From the NCBI GenBank assembly GCA_003221005.1, contig QHTZ01000052.1, positions 19,968 to 55,263 of the forward strand: 35,296 nt of DNA, in the 5' to 3' direction. This document shows, one piece after another, positions 1 through 9,990 of this stretch. This DNA is from Gemmatimonadota bacterium (GTDB lineage: Bacteria > Gemmatimonadota > Gemmatimonadetes > Gemmatimonadales > GWC2-71-9). Position 1 is the first letter of the stretch. Each line of letters begins with the position of its first letter. Below the pieces are notes generated by a model. That model worked only from the letters and a program-made list of their open reading frames with translations, was not told the DNA's origin and did not search any database. The position numbers and the translations under genes are program-made.

Positions 1-732
1 CGCCTCGAGCGACGCGACGACCCAGGTGGGCACCTGGCGCGCGGTACGCACCAGCGTTACCCCCGGGTTGAGCATGGCGCGGCGGTCGAACACGACGCGC
101 ACCGGCGGCCGGCGGGGCGTGACGCTGCCGCGCACGGTGAGCTGTGGATTGTCGGTGAGCGCCGTGGTGCCGCCCACGGCGATGGCATCGAACCCGGCCC
201 GCAGCCAGTGCACGTAGTCGCGCGCCGCCTCGCCGGAGACCCACTGCGACCGGCCCGCCGCGTCGGCGATGCGCCCATCGACGGAGGTCGCGAGCTTGAG
301 CGCCACGAAGGGGCGCTCGGAGCGCAGGCGGGCGAAGAAAAACGGCGCGTTGAGCGCCGCCGCTTCCTGCTGCATCGGTCCGAGCACGACGTCTACGCCA
401 GCGCGCCGCAGCACCTCGAGACCGCCGCGGGCCTCGGGGTCGGGATCGCCGATCGCGGCCACCACACGAGCGATGCCCGCCGCGAGAATCGCCTCAGTGC
501 AGGGCGGCGTCTTGCCATAGTGGGCACACGGCTCGAGCGACACGACCAGCGTCGCGCCCCGCGCGGCGGCAGCCGCAGCCGTGAGCGCGACGACTTCAGC
601 GTGGTCCCCGCCGTACTCCGCGTGGAAGCCCTCCCCGACGATGGCGCCCTGCCGCAGCACCACCGCGCCCACGAGTGGGTTGGGCGCGACGCGTCCCCAA
701 CCCCCGAGCGCGAGCTCGAGGGCGCGGCGCAT
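1..732 (-). CDS. ribD: Bifunctional riboflavin biosynthesis deaminase/reductase RibD (3' end beyond window; absent from ORF track)
   Basis: Manual translation from ATG 732: MRRALELALGGWGRVAPNPLVGAVVLRQGAIVGEGFHAEYGGDHAEVVAL...SLEPCAHYGKTPPCTE; PNPxVG, HAE and PCxHxGxTPPC deaminase motifs. Confidence 0.95.
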   Translation of the reverse strand, partial: MRRALELALGGWGRVAPNPLVGAVVLRQGAIVGEGFHAEYGGDHAEVVALTAAAAAARGATLVVSLEPCAHYGKTPPCTEAILAAGIARVVAAIGDPDPEARGGLEVLRRAGVDVVLGPMQQEAAALNAPFFFARLRSERPFVALKLATSVDGRIADAAGRSQWVSGEAARDYVHWLRAGFDAIAVGGTTALTDNPQLTVRGSVTPRRPPVRVVFDRRAMLNPGVTLVRTARQVPTWVVASLEA

Positions 733-742
733 CGCGTCCGCC

Positions 743-1622
743 TCAGAAGGTGAAGCGGAGCCCCAACCCTCCGAAGACATGGCCCGCCTTGGGATCGAAG
801 CCGGTGAAGTTGGTCGTGAGGTGCTGGTCCTTGCCGGTTTGATAGCCCAGCTCAGCTACGAGCTTGGCGGTCGCGAGGTCAAGTCCAGCATCGAGGAACA
901 GGACTTCCCGAGAGTTGTGGAGGTCGAGCGGAATCCGCTGCGGGTTGGTGAGCGGGCGCGTGGGATCGAGGAACGCCACCTCGGCCGTGGAGCTGTAATG
1001 GTCCCACCCCACGCCCCCCGCGAGCTCGAGGAAGGTCGACATCGCCGTACTGGAGCCGGGGAAGATGGCGCCGCATGATGCTGACCGAGACCGCCGGCAC
1101 GCCGAACGCGCCGTGAAACACCCCCACGCGCACCCCGTAGCCCAGCCCGAGGGCCACCTGCCCTACCCGGGCGGCGCCCAGGTCGACCGAGAGGTCACTG
1201 ACGCCGCTCGTGGGCAGCAACGCTGCCGAGGCCAGCGCGTCCACCGAGAGGAAGCCGGTGCGGTCACCCTGAATCAGGCCCAGGGCTCCTTCGACCACCG
1301 GTGCCGGAAGCAACCCCGAGAAGCTCGACGGCACGCTCGTGCGGCTGGCGCTGTCGGGGTTCGGGACGGACACCTTGATCATGTTGACGCGCGCCGACAC
1401 GGAGAGATGCCCGACCCCGCGGAGCGTCTCGCCCGTGCCGAGGACGGGGTTCCCACCGCTCACGATCATCCCCGCGAGGGGATGGAACTGCTTCGCAGCA
1501 TCGACGAAGGCCTGGCAGGCCCGGCCGGCGCTGCCGCTGTAGCCCTGCGCACCGCATTCGGTCTGCGCCGTGAGCGGCGCACCGACCGCCGAGAGCACGA
1601 TCACCACGGGAAAGACACGCAT
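743..1622 (-). pseudogene. Secreted/outer-membrane beta-barrel-like protein, split by a frameshift or internal deletion near 1035
   Basis: The signal-peptide ORF 879..1622 looks protein-like up to RLQYGDV. The C-terminal part (FLELAGGVGWDHY...GGLGLRFTF, terminal Phe typical of OMPs) is in another frame, 743..1042. Confidence 0.6.
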
Positions 1623-1631
1623 AGAACCTCC

Positions 1632-2657
1632 TTACCGCTCGGCGAAGCGCACGCCGGTCCGGCCCGCCTGCACTTCGCCGATGACCCACGTCGCCACGTG
1701 CGCCGGCTCGGCCGCGCGGCAGATCGCTTCGACGTCGTCGCGCGCCGCCACGGCGATCATGCCGACGCCGAGGTTGAACACGCGCCGCATCTCGCCGAGC
1801 GACACGCCGCCCGCCCGCATCAACACGCGGAACACCACCGGCCACGGCCATGCGCCCGCGTTCACCACCGCTTCGCAACCATCAGGCATCACGCGTCCCA
1901 GATTGCCGCCGATGCCGCCGCCCGTGATGTGAGCCAGCGCGTGGACCTGCGTGAGCACCGGAGTCACGGCGGCGGCATAGCTGCGGTGCACGTCGAGCAA
2001 CACCTGTGCCACAGACCGGTCACTGTCGGGGAACGGATCCGCGACGTCGAGACCGAGGCGCTCGAACACGATCTGCCGTGCCAGAGTGTACCCGTTGGTG
2101 TGCAGTCCGTTCGACGCGTAGCCAATCAACACGTCACCGGGGCGGACGCGGTCGCCATGCAACGCGTCCGGCTCGTTCACGACGCCAACGATCGTGCCGG
2201 CGAGGTCGTAGCGGCCCGGCTGATACAGGTCGGGGAGCTGCGCGGTCTCGCCTCCCGCGAGGGTCATCTCGTGCGCGCGGCAGCCGCGCGCCACTCCCGC
2301 CACGAGCGCGGCGGCGACGTCCGGCTCGAGCTTTCCGGTTGCGATGTAGTCGAGAAACGCCAGCGGGCGCGCGCCGTGCACCAGGACGTCGTTGACGCAG
2401 TGGTTGACGAGATCTTCGCCCACCGTGTCGTGGATGCCGGCGCGGGCGGCGACGAGCACCTTGGTGCCGACCCCGTCGGTCGAGAGCACCAGCACCGGCC
2501 GCTCGAGCCCGGGCGGGACGCGGACCATCCCGCCGAAGGCGCCAATCTGCCCGAGCGCGAGCGCCGTGCGGGTGCTGCGTGCGAGCTCTCCGATCCGGCG
2601 CTTGGCTTGCTCGGCGAGATCGAGATGCACGCCAACCGCGCCGTAGCGGTCGGTCAC
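1632..2657 (-). CDS. purM: Phosphoribosylformylglycinamidine cyclo-ligase (AIR synthetase)
   Basis: STDGVGTK, DLVNHCVND, PLAFLDY, GGETA, SNGLHTNGY, HITGGG and VFNLGVG motifs; GTG start at 2657 overlaps the pfkB stop (GTGA). Confidence 0.97.
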   Translation of the reverse strand: MTDRYGAVGVHLDLAEQAKRRIGELARSTRTALALGQIGAFGGMVRVPPGLERPVLVLSTDGVGTKVLVAARAGIHDTVGEDLVNHCVNDVLVHGARPLAFLDYIATGKLEPDVAAALVAGVARGCRAHEMTLAGGETAQLPDLYQPGRYDLAGTIVGVVNEPDALHGDRVRPGDVLIGYASNGLHTNGYTLARQIVFERLGLDVADPFPDSDRSVAQVLLDVHRSYAAAVTPVLTQVHALAHITGGGIGGNLGRVMPDGCEAVVNAGAWPWPVVFRVLMRAGGVSLGEMRRVFNLGVGMIAVAARDDVEAICRAAEPAHVATWVIGEVQAGRTGVRFAER

Positions 2658-3580
2658 GGCGTCTGTCCCCCCTCGTCCACGTCGAAGTGCACGAGCTCTT
2701 TGAACGCACGCACCCGGGCGCGCAGGTCCGCGGCCATGACGTGCTCGAGCCCCTGGATGCCGAACGCCTCCACCGCGAACGACCCCATGGCGGCGCCGTA
2801 CACCATCGCGCGCCGCAGGTTGGCGGGCGACACGTCGTCGGTGCACGCGAGATATGCCATGAACCCTCCCGCAAAGGCATCGCCCGCCCCTGTGGGATCG
2901 AACACCTCCTGGAGCGGGTACGCCGGGACCTTGAACGTGGTCTCGCTGTTCACGAGCAGCGCACCGTGCTCGCCCTGCTTGATGACCGCCATGCGGGGCC
3001 CGCGCGCCAGGACCCACTGCGCCGCGCGATAGATGTTCCAGTCCCCCGAGAGCTCGCGCGCCTCGGAGTCGTTGATCATCAGGATATCGATGTGCCGCAG
3101 CAGCTCGAGCAGCAGATCGCGCTTCGAGTGAATCCAGTAGTTCATCGTATCGCACGCCACGAGCGTGGGGCGGCGGACCTGGTCGAGCACGCCGAGCTGC
3201 AGGTCCGGATCGATATTGCCGAGGAACACGTAACGCGCGTCGCGGAACTTGTCGGGGAGCTTGGGACGGAACTGGGCGAACACACCCAGCCGCGTCTCGA
3301 GCGTCTCACGGCTCGAAAGGTCGTAGGAGTACTTCGCCTTCCAGCGGAACGACTCGCCCGGCACCCGCTCCACGCCCGCCAGATCCACGCCCCGCGCCTC
3401 GAGCGCCTGCAGCACACCCTGGGGATAGTCGCTCCCGACGACGCCCACGATCTGGACCGGATGCAGGATGGCCCCGGCGGCGCTAAAGAACACGGCGGAG
3501 CCCCCGGGTGCGTCCGCCGTTTCGCCGAACGGGGTCGCCACGGAATCGAGCGCGATCGATCCCACCACGAGTAGGCCCAT
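2654..3580 (-). CDS. PfkB-family carbohydrate/nucleoside kinase
   Basis: N-terminal VVGSIALD, GGSA and C-terminal DPTGAGDAFAGG PfkB signature. Confidence 0.93.
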   Translation of the reverse strand: MGLLVVGSIALDSVATPFGETADAPGGSAVFFSAAGAILHPVQIVGVVGSDYPQGVLQALEARGVDLAGVERVPGESFRWKAKYSYDLSSRETLETRLGVFAQFRPKLPDKFRDARYVFLGNIDPDLQLGVLDQVRRPTLVACDTMNYWIHSKRDLLLELLRHIDILMINDSEARELSGDWNIYRAAQWVLARGPRMAVIKQGEHGALLVNSETTFKVPAYPLQEVFDPTGAGDAFAGGFMAYLACTDDVSPANLRRAMVYGAAMGSFAVEAFGIQGLEHVMAADLRARVRAFKELVHFDVDEGGQTP

Positions 3581-3583
3581 CGG

Positions 3584-5227
3584 TCACATCCTGTCGGGGG
3601 CCCGGATCCCCAGGATCGCGAGGCCGTTCGCGAGCACCTGTCGCACTGCGCGCGCCAGCACGAGGCGCGCGGCCTCCTCGGGCTCGGCGAGGACGCGGTA
3701 CTTGTGATACCACGCGTGCGCGATCCGGGCCAGCCCCTCGAGGTACCCTGTGATCCGGTGCGGCTCGTACGTCTCCGCCGACCGCGTCACGATCCCCGGG
3801 AACGCCGCCAGCTCGTTCATGAGCTCGACCTCCTCTGGGGCCGCGAGCACGCTCAGATCCACTCCCGCCGCCGACACGCCGTCGGGCTCGCGCGCGGCCA
3901 CTCGAAAGATCCCGCTCATGCGCGCGTGCGCCATCTGGACGTAGAACACCGGGTTCGCCTCGGTCTGACTCTTCGCCAGGTCCACGTCGAAGACGAGCTG
4001 CGAGTCCCCGCGACGCATCAGGAAGAAGTACCGCGCGGCGTCCACGCCGGTCTCCTGGAACAGCTCCCGCAAGGTGACGATCTCGCCGGTGCGCTTGGAG
4101 AAGCGCACTTCCTCTCCCGCCCGCATCACCCGCACCAGCTGCACGATCTCGGCGTGGAAGAACTCGTCGGGCAGTCCGAGCGCACGCAGCGCCGCGCGCA
4201 CGCGGGGCACGTAGCCATGATGGTCCGCGCCCCACACGTCGATCGCCCGCGCGAATCCCCGCTCGTGCTTGGCGCGATGGTAGGCGATGTCCGGCAGCAG
4301 GTACGTGTACGTGCCGTCGGACTTGCGCAGCACGCGGTCCTTGTCGTCCCCGAACGCCGTCGTCCGGAGCCACAGGGCACCGTCTTGCTCGAACGTGTGC
4401 CCCTGCGCCGCGAGGTCCGCGAGCGCCCGCTCGATCAGCCGCTCGCGGTACAGCTCGGACTCGGCAAAGACGACGTCGAACTTGACGCCGAACTCCCGCA
4501 GGTCTTCGTCCTGCTCCGCCCGCTGCGACAGCAAGGCGATTGTGCGGCAGCGGCGCACCCCCTCGTCCGGCGGCAGGTCGGCGAAAGCGCGCCCCTCGCG
4601 CGCGAGGGCCGCCTGGGCGAGCTCGACCAGGTACTGCCCCTGATAGCCGCCCTCGGGAAGCTCCGCCGCGCGTCCCACCTGCTGTTGCACCCGCGCCCAC
4701 AGCGAGCGGGCGAGCTTGTCGATCTGGACCCCGGCGTCGTTCACGTAGAACTCACGCGTCACCGCGTGGCCGGTCCACTCGAACAGCGACGCCAGCGCGT
4801 CGCCCAACGCCGCCCCGCGTCCGTGGCCCACGTGCAGCGGGCCCGTAGGATTGGCCGACACGAACTCGACGTCCACCTTGAGCCCCCGCCCCGCGTCGCT
4901 CCGCCCGTAGTGCCCGCCAGCCGCAAGGATCTCGTCGAGCACCCCCGCGAGCTGCGCCTCGGCGAGAAAGAAGTTGATGAACCCCGGGCCTGCGATCTCG
5001 ACCTTTTTCACGTAACCCGGTGGCAGCTCGAGCGCCTGCAGCAGCTGTTGGGCGACGTCCCGGGGCTTGCGGCCGAGCAGCGGGGCGAGTATCAGGGCGA
5101 GGTTTGTCGCGGCGTCGCCGTGCGCGGGATCGCGCGGCGCTTCGACTTTGAACTCCGGTACCGGGGACGCGCCGAGCTGCCGCGCCGCACGCGCGAGCGC
5201 GTCGATCAGCGGCTGATGGCGCTTCAC
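3584..5227 (-). CDS. argS: Arginine--tRNA ligase
   Basis: IAGPGFINF, VEFVSANPTGPLHVGHGRGA (HIGH), WGADHHGY, FSKRTG, NPVFYVQMAHAR; GTG start at 5227 overlaps the upstream stop. Confidence 0.97.
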   Translation of the reverse strand: MKRHQPLIDALARAARQLGASPVPEFKVEAPRDPAHGDAATNLALILAPLLGRKPRDVAQQLLQALELPPGYVKKVEIAGPGFINFFLAEAQLAGVLDEILAAGGHYGRSDAGRGLKVDVEFVSANPTGPLHVGHGRGAALGDALASLFEWTGHAVTREFYVNDAGVQIDKLARSLWARVQQQVGRAAELPEGGYQGQYLVELAQAALAREGRAFADLPPDEGVRRCRTIALLSQRAEQDEDLREFGVKFDVVFAESELYRERLIERALADLAAQGHTFEQDGALWLRTTAFGDDKDRVLRKSDGTYTYLLPDIAYHRAKHERGFARAIDVWGADHHGYVPRVRAALRALGLPDEFFHAEIVQLVRVMRAGEEVRFSKRTGEIVTLRELFQETGVDAARYFFLMRRGDSQLVFDVDLAKSQTEANPVFYVQMAHARMSGIFRVAAREPDGVSAAGVDLSVLAAPEEVELMNELAAFPGIVTRSAETYEPHRITGYLEGLARIAHAWYHKYRVLAEPEEAARLVLARAVRQVLANGLAILGIRAPDRM

Positions 5228-5529
5228 TTGTCGCTGGCGGGCTTCTTCTTCGAGCTCTCCGAAGTCTTGGACTCGGGCGCCTTCGACTCCCCCGTCTTCC
5301 CCTCGGCGGGCTTGGAGTCGGCCTCCTTCGTCCCGGGCTTCTCCCCCGCTCGCTTGTAATCGGTGACGTAGAAGCCGGACCCCTTGAAGACGAGCCCCGC
5401 GCCGCCCGAGATCACGCGCTCGGCCGTCGCACCGCAGGTCGGGCACGGCAGGTGCCGGCGGTCGTTCATGCGGGGGTAGAACTTCTCGAAGCTATGCCCG
5501 TTGGGGCACCGGTACTCGTAGGTGGGCAT
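5224..5529 (-). CDS. FmdB-family zinc-ribbon protein
   Basis: MPTYEYRC..GH.FE, CPTCG, FKGSGFYVTDY, then a low-complexity K/E/S tail. Confidence 0.92.
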   Translation of the reverse strand: MPTYEYRCPNGHSFEKFYPRMNDRRHLPCPTCGATAERVISGGAGLVFKGSGFYVTDYKRAGEKPGTKEADSKPAEGKTGESKAPESKTSESSKKKPASDK

Positions 5530-5537
5530 CGGACAAC

Positions 5538-5567
5538 AACTTAAGCAAGCGGCGCGGGGCGGGTCAA
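5538..5567 (-). promoter_or_regulatory. Putative sigma70 promoter of the fmdB-argS-pfkB-purM-ribD operon (TTGACC-N18-TAAGTT), 8 nt from ATG
   Basis: Hexamer match read from the sequence; no SD before the ATG. Confidence 0.4.
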
Positions 5568-5645
5568 TGACGCCGCCGCACGGCGCTCAGCACCCCGCCG
5601 GAAGCGTGAGCGCGCTCGTGATGATGTAGACGACGATTCTGCGGG

Positions 5646-5990
5646 TCACGGGCTCACGTCCCCGTGGGCTCGGACCCAGAGCACGAAGCCGAGCACCGCG
5701 ACCCAGGGAGCGACCGCGAGGCCCGCCACGGCACCAGCCATGAGACGGGCCGTGAGCGCCCCGCGTCCCAACCAAACCGCGCCGGCGAGGGCGCCAGCTA
5801 CGGCTGCGGCGGGGGCCGCGAGGAGCGGCCGGCGCAGTCGCACGAAGCGAGGTGTGAGGAGCGCCAGCGGCACGCCGCAGGCCAGGGCGACGAGCACGCC
5901 GGGGAGCGTGACGATCCAGCCGACCGCGGCCATCGCGATCACGCCCAGGACCAAGGCCCGGCCAGCGCGCCAGGAGAACGTGCCCGCCAC
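5646..5990 (-). CDS. Hypothetical membrane protein
   Basis: 114 aa with several hydrophobic helices; closely follows the Yip1 gene. Confidence 0.6.
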   Translation of the reverse strand: MAGTFSWRAGRALVLGVIAMAAVGWIVTLPGVLVALACGVPLALLTPRFVRLRRPLLAAPAAAVAGALAGAVWLGRGALTARLMAGAVAGLAVAPWVAVLGFVLWVRAHGDVSP

Positions 5991-5993
5991 TCG

Positions 5994-6668
5994 CTAGTTC
6001 CTCGCGCCTCCCCCTTGCAGGGAGGCGAATGCGCTCAGGACCAGGCTGCCCACGAGATAGGAGATGGCCGCCGTCGTGTACCCGGTCGCGCGGCTGGTCC
6101 GGTGCGTCACCGCCACTCCCAGCCCGGCGAGCCACACGCCGTAAACCGAGAACGGGTTCACGCTGTTGAGGAGCGCGCCCAGGAACGGGCTGTCGCCGTC
6201 GTACAGCAGATCGAGCCCCAGGGCCGGGCGCAGATCGTCCATCGAAGTGACGCTCGCGACCCCCCGCAGCCACAGCACCGCCGCCGAGACGACGGCGAAC
6301 AGGACGAAGCTCACGAACGCGTAGACCAGCACGCTCAGCAGCGTGCCGTACCTGGCGTCCCCGGAGAGCAGCGACACGTTCACCCACAGCAGCAGTGCAC
6401 CGACCAGCAACATCACGACCACGTTGAGGGGGAACAGCACCAACCCGATCGTCGCCTGGGTGGCGGCGCTCGGGACGCGCTCCAGCTGTTGCGGGGTGAG
6501 GTGCGACATCGCGGTTTGCAGGCCGGCCTCGTAAAACGGCCGCAGCGACACGGCGACGCCGAACGCGACCACCACGAGCGCCGCGGCCGGGGCGAGCACG
6601 CGGGGCTGCTCCCGCACCCGATCGAACACCATCGCCGGCTCGGAGAATACTCTCAAGAGATCGAGCAC
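5994..6668 (-). CDS. Yip1-family membrane protein
   Basis: VFSEP..VF.RVRE.P N-terminus, about 5 TM segments, NPFSVY..W...G motif. Confidence 0.8.
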   Translation of the reverse strand: MLDLLRVFSEPAMVFDRVREQPRVLAPAAALVVVAFGVAVSLRPFYEAGLQTAMSHLTPQQLERVPSAATQATIGLVLFPLNVVVMLLVGALLLWVNVSLLSGDARYGTLLSVLVYAFVSFVLFAVVSAAVLWLRGVASVTSMDDLRPALGLDLLYDGDSPFLGALLNSVNPFSVYGVWLAGLGVAVTHRTSRATGYTTAAISYLVGSLVLSAFASLQGGGARN

Positions 6669-6678
6669 GGCAGCGCTC

Positions 6679-6981
6679 CTAGGCGCGGCCCCGGATCTTG
6701 GCGAACCACCAGCGGAGCCCGACGAACAGGAATCGCCAATCGTGGAAGAACTCAGGCGGCTTGCCCTCCACGTAGTGACCCGCGAACTGGAAGACCCATC
6801 CCACGACGAAGAGCGCCACCGGGACGGGCCAGAACCGGTGCCAGAAGGCTGCGACGACGAACAGGGGGAGCGACAGCGCGATCATCGGAATGCCGAAGGT
6901 GTGGCACAGCCGGTTGATGGGGTGCTGATGGCTCTGCGAATACTCGGCGATCCACTTCTCCAGCGGCTTGTTGCCCAGCAT
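6679..6981 (-). CDS. DUF962/Mpo1-like membrane protein
   Basis: YSQSHQHPINRLCHTFGIP and QFAGHYVEGKPPEF motifs; AAGGAGG RBS before ATG 6981. Confidence 0.9.
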   Translation of the reverse strand: MLGNKPLEKWIAEYSQSHQHPINRLCHTFGIPMIALSLPLFVVAAFWHRFWPVPVALFVVGWVFQFAGHYVEGKPPEFFHDWRFLFVGLRWWFAKIRGRA

Positions 6982-7050
6982 AGCGACCTCCTTCCTCATC
7001 AAGCGAATAAGCTGCGGGGGCGCCCCGGCCGGCGCAAACCGGCGGCGTCG

Positions 7051-9036
7051 CTACACCGCGCGCGCCGTGAGCAGATCGGTCGCCGCCTTGAGCTGATGCG
7101 GCTCGCCGACCACGACGAGCTCGTCGCCGACGGCCAGCCGGAACGCGGGGGCGGGCGCCGCGATGTCACGCGAGCCGCGCCGCACCGAGACGATGAGCGC
7201 TCCGGTGCGCGTGCGCAGGCCGGTCTGCGCCACGCTCCGCCCCACGAAGGGGGAATGTGACGGGAGTCGAATGCGCGCGGCCGCCATCTGGGGAACTCCG
7301 GCCACCGTCCCGAGAGCGGGACGCTCGCCGCCCCGCAGCGCCTCGTAATGCGAGGCGCGGATCTGATCCTCCAGGCGGTCCACCTCCTGTCGCGAGACGC
7401 CGTATTGCGCCAGCACGCGCGCGAAGATCTCGATGGACGTCTCGAACTCCTCGGGAATCACATCGTTCGCCCCCAGCCGTACGAGCTCGGGAATCTCGAC
7501 GACGTAGCGCGTGCGCGCGATGATGTGCATGGTCGGATTCAGCCCCCGCGCCACGCGCACCATGCGCCGCGTGGCCGCCGGGTCGGAGATCGCGGCCACC
7601 AGCATCCGCGCCCGCTCGGCGCCGAGCGCCCGCAGGATCTCCTCACGGGTCGCGTCGCCGTAGAACGCGGGCTCGCCGCGGGCCCGAGCCTGGCGCACCG
7701 TCTGCGCATTGAGCTCCACTGTGACATAGGGCGCCTGGATGGCGCGCAGGGCCGCCGCGAGGTTGCGGCCATTGAGGCCATAGCCCGCGATGATGACGTG
7801 ATCGGCCAGAGGTTGCGCAGCATCGCTGATGGTGCGCGTCCGGAACCCCGGCAGCAGGCGGTCGAGCGGCGCGACTCGCTCCAGCGCGTCCACCAGCGCG
7901 GGGCCGCCCTGGAGCAAGAACGGCGTCACCAGCATCGTGAACGCGGCCACCGCGAGAAACCCCTGGTACATGCTCTCCGACATCAGTGCCAGCCCCCGCC
8001 CCTCCTTCGCGAGCACGAACGAGAACTCCCCGATCTGGGAGACGAGGAGCGCGGCCAAGACCGCCACGCGCCCGGCGTAACCCAGCAGCGCGGGACCCAC
8101 GCTCGCAACGAGGGTCTTGCCGGCGAGCACCGCAACCACGCCGCCTGCGGCAAGCCAGGGGTGATGCCGGATGAAGTCGAACTGCACGAGCATCCCGATC
8201 GCGACGAAGAACAGCGAGATGAAGACGTCGCGGAACGGCAGCAGCTCCGCGAGCGCCTGGTGGCCGTAGTCCGATTCGGAGATCACGAGGCCGGCGAGGA
8301 ACGCGCCGAGCGCGAGCGAGGCACCTGCAGCGGCGGTGCCCAGGGCCGTAAGCGTGCCGAGCAAGATCACGGCGATGAGAAACAGCTCGCGGCTCCGCGT
8401 CTTCAGGATCTCGGCGAACAGACGCGGCACGACGACGCGCGCCAGCCCGCCGACCGCGACCACGATGATCACCGCCTTCCCGAGCGCGAGGAGGAGGGCC
8501 GGAGCTCCCCCGCCTTCCCGCCCCGCCAGGAACGGCACCACAAGCATGATGGGAACGACGCAGAGGTCCTGAAAGATCAGGATCCCGGTCGCGAGGCGCC
8601 CCTGGGGGGTATCGATCTCCCCCCGGTCCGTGAGCCCTTTCAGCACCAGCGCGGTGCTCGAAAGTGCCACCAGGAACCCGAGAAACAGCGCGACCTGCCA
8701 GCGCAGCCCCAGGACCGCGGCGACGGCCGCCGCCACCCCGATCGTCAGCCCAACCTGCAGCCCGCCGCCGACCGCCGCCTGACGTCCCATCTCGCGCAGC
8801 CGGCTGAGCGAGAACTCGATCCCGATCGTGAACAGCAGCAGGATCACGCCCACGTCGGCGAGTCCCTCGATCTGGTGCACGCCTGTGACCAGTCCAAGGG
8901 CGTTCGGCCCGACCAGCACCCCCGCGACGATGAAGCCGGGCAGCACCGGAAGCCGGAAACGATGGAAGACGAGAATGACGACGAGCGACACCGCGAAGAT
9001 CACGGCGAGGTCTTTGAGGACGACGAGTTGCTCCAT
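7051..9036 (-). CDS. Monovalent cation:proton antiporter-2 (Kef-like) with TrkA_N and TrkA_C (RCK) domains
   Basis: About 12 TM, LLFTIGIEFS, ALSST, LIFQD; IIAGYGLNG Rossmann motif; YGDA. Confidence 0.92.
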   Translation of the reverse strand: MEQLVVLKDLAVIFAVSLVVILVFHRFRLPVLPGFIVAGVLVGPNALGLVTGVHQIEGLADVGVILLLFTIGIEFSLSRLREMGRQAAVGGGLQVGLTIGVAAAVAAVLGLRWQVALFLGFLVALSSTALVLKGLTDRGEIDTPQGRLATGILIFQDLCVVPIMLVVPFLAGREGGGAPALLLALGKAVIIVVAVGGLARVVVPRLFAEILKTRSRELFLIAVILLGTLTALGTAAAGASLALGAFLAGLVISESDYGHQALAELLPFRDVFISLFFVAIGMLVQFDFIRHHPWLAAGGVVAVLAGKTLVASVGPALLGYAGRVAVLAALLVSQIGEFSFVLAKEGRGLALMSESMYQGFLAVAAFTMLVTPFLLQGGPALVDALERVAPLDRLLPGFRTRTISDAAQPLADHVIIAGYGLNGRNLAAALRAIQAPYVTVELNAQTVRQARARGEPAFYGDATREEILRALGAERARMLVAAISDPAATRRMVRVARGLNPTMHIIARTRYVVEIPELVRLGANDVIPEEFETSIEIFARVLAQYGVSRQEVDRLEDQIRASHYEALRGGERPALGTVAGVPQMAAARIRLPSHSPFVGRSVAQTGLRTRTGALIVSVRRGSRDIAAPAPAFRLAVGDELVVVGEPHQLKAATDLLTARAV

Positions 9037-9067
9037 GGCTATGCGACGCCGGCGAATGTTGTGGCGA

Positions 9068-9595
9068 TCATGGCCGTGTAAGCTGCAGCCGATAGCGCAG
9101 CTCGGCGAGGGCCGCCCCCGGTCCGACGGTGTGCACCTGGTGCGCGCCGTCCGGTGTCATCCCTTTGTGTTCGTAGAAGCGCCGTGCCTCGACGTTGCGG
9201 TCGACGACCCAGAGGGTGAGATCGTGCGCACGGCGCTCGCGCCCGAGCGTGCCTGCGGCGGCAAACAGGCGACTCCCGATGCCGCCGCCGCGCCGCGCGG
9301 GAGTCACGTGGAGGTTGTAGATCTCCCACACGGAGCTTGGATCGGCGTCGGCGTCGTGGGTGGGGCCACAGGCGCAGAAACCCAGGAGCCCGGCGGGACC
9401 TTCGTCCAGGAGAACGGTCATCTCCGGAGCGGCGAGCCGCTGCTCCCAAGTCTGCGCGCGCGCGACCGGGTTCTGGGAGTCGAGGAACGCGTCGGACAGC
9501 ATGCCGCGATACGCGGCTTGCCAGCTCGCGATGTGGAGATGAGCGATTGCCGTGGCATCCGCGCCGGTGGCGCGCCGCAGCGCGGACTCAGGCGT
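9068..9595 (-). CDS. GNAT-family N-acetyltransferase (start uncertain)
   Basis: LRRAT..DA.AIA.LH..SW..AY.G, LHV.P..RG.GIG, LWV...N..ARRFYE..G; the fold starts right at the upstream stop. Confidence 0.85.
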   Translation of the reverse strand, partial: TPESALRRATGADATAIAHLHIASWQAAYRGMLSDAFLDSQNPVARAQTWEQRLAAPEMTVLLDEGPAGLLGFCACGPTHDADADPSSVWEIYNLHVTPARRGGGIGSRLFAAAGTLGRERRAHDLTLWVVDRNVEARRFYEHKGMTPDGAHQVHTVGPGAALAELRYRLQLTRP

Positions 9596-9989
9596 CGAAT
9601 CGTCCCTCGAAGGATTCGTCCACCTGGGGCCTGACCCGCTCATAGATCGCCAGCCGCTGGCCAGCGGGATCCCGCACAATGAGACAGGGCCCCTGCGGGA
9701 TCTCGAAGGAGGGTCCCTCCTCCGTCCAGCCGTCGTTCTTCAGGCGGTGTCGCACCGCCGCCAGGCTCGGCACGCGATAGATCCACAGCGCCTGCCCCGA
9801 CTCGAGATGGCTGGCGAGCAGCACCAGCGGGCCTGATCCCGCGAGGCGGACGGCGGCGACCGTGACACCTCCCTCGTGAATGCGCCAGCGTAATTCGCCC
9901 CCGAGGGTGCCCGTGTAGAACCGAATCGAGGCTGCTACGTTCGGTGCGGGAACGTAGAGAAAGTCGAGGGACTCGAACGGAACGGTCGT
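9588..9989 (-). CDS. VOC/glyoxalase-family protein (no canonical start found; ACG at 9989)
   Basis: The frame stays open upstream of the track ORF: TTVPFESLDFLYVPAPNVAASIRFYTGTLGGELRW...FEIPQGPCLIVRDPAGQRLAIYE. Confidence 0.75.
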   Translation of the reverse strand, partial: TTVPFESLDFLYVPAPNVAASIRFYTGTLGGELRWRIHEGGVTVAAVRLAGSGPLVLLASHLESGQALWIYRVPSLAAVRHRLKNDGWTEEGPSFEIPQGPCLIVRDPAGQRLAIYERVRPQVDESFEGRFDA

Positions 9990-9990
9990 G

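Noticed and set aside
1632-5446. N-terminal extensions of PurM (507 aa) and ArgS (620 aa) in the ORF track
   Set aside because: They overlap upstream genes; the GTGA-coupled starts at 2657 and 5227 fit normal protein lengths
1065-9081. Long plus-strand ORFs (1065..3032, 3704..5359, 5664..6917, 7348..9081)
   Set aside because: Antisense shadows of purM, pfkB, argS, Yip1 and CPA2 in high-GC DNA; Arg/His/Ala-rich with no motifs
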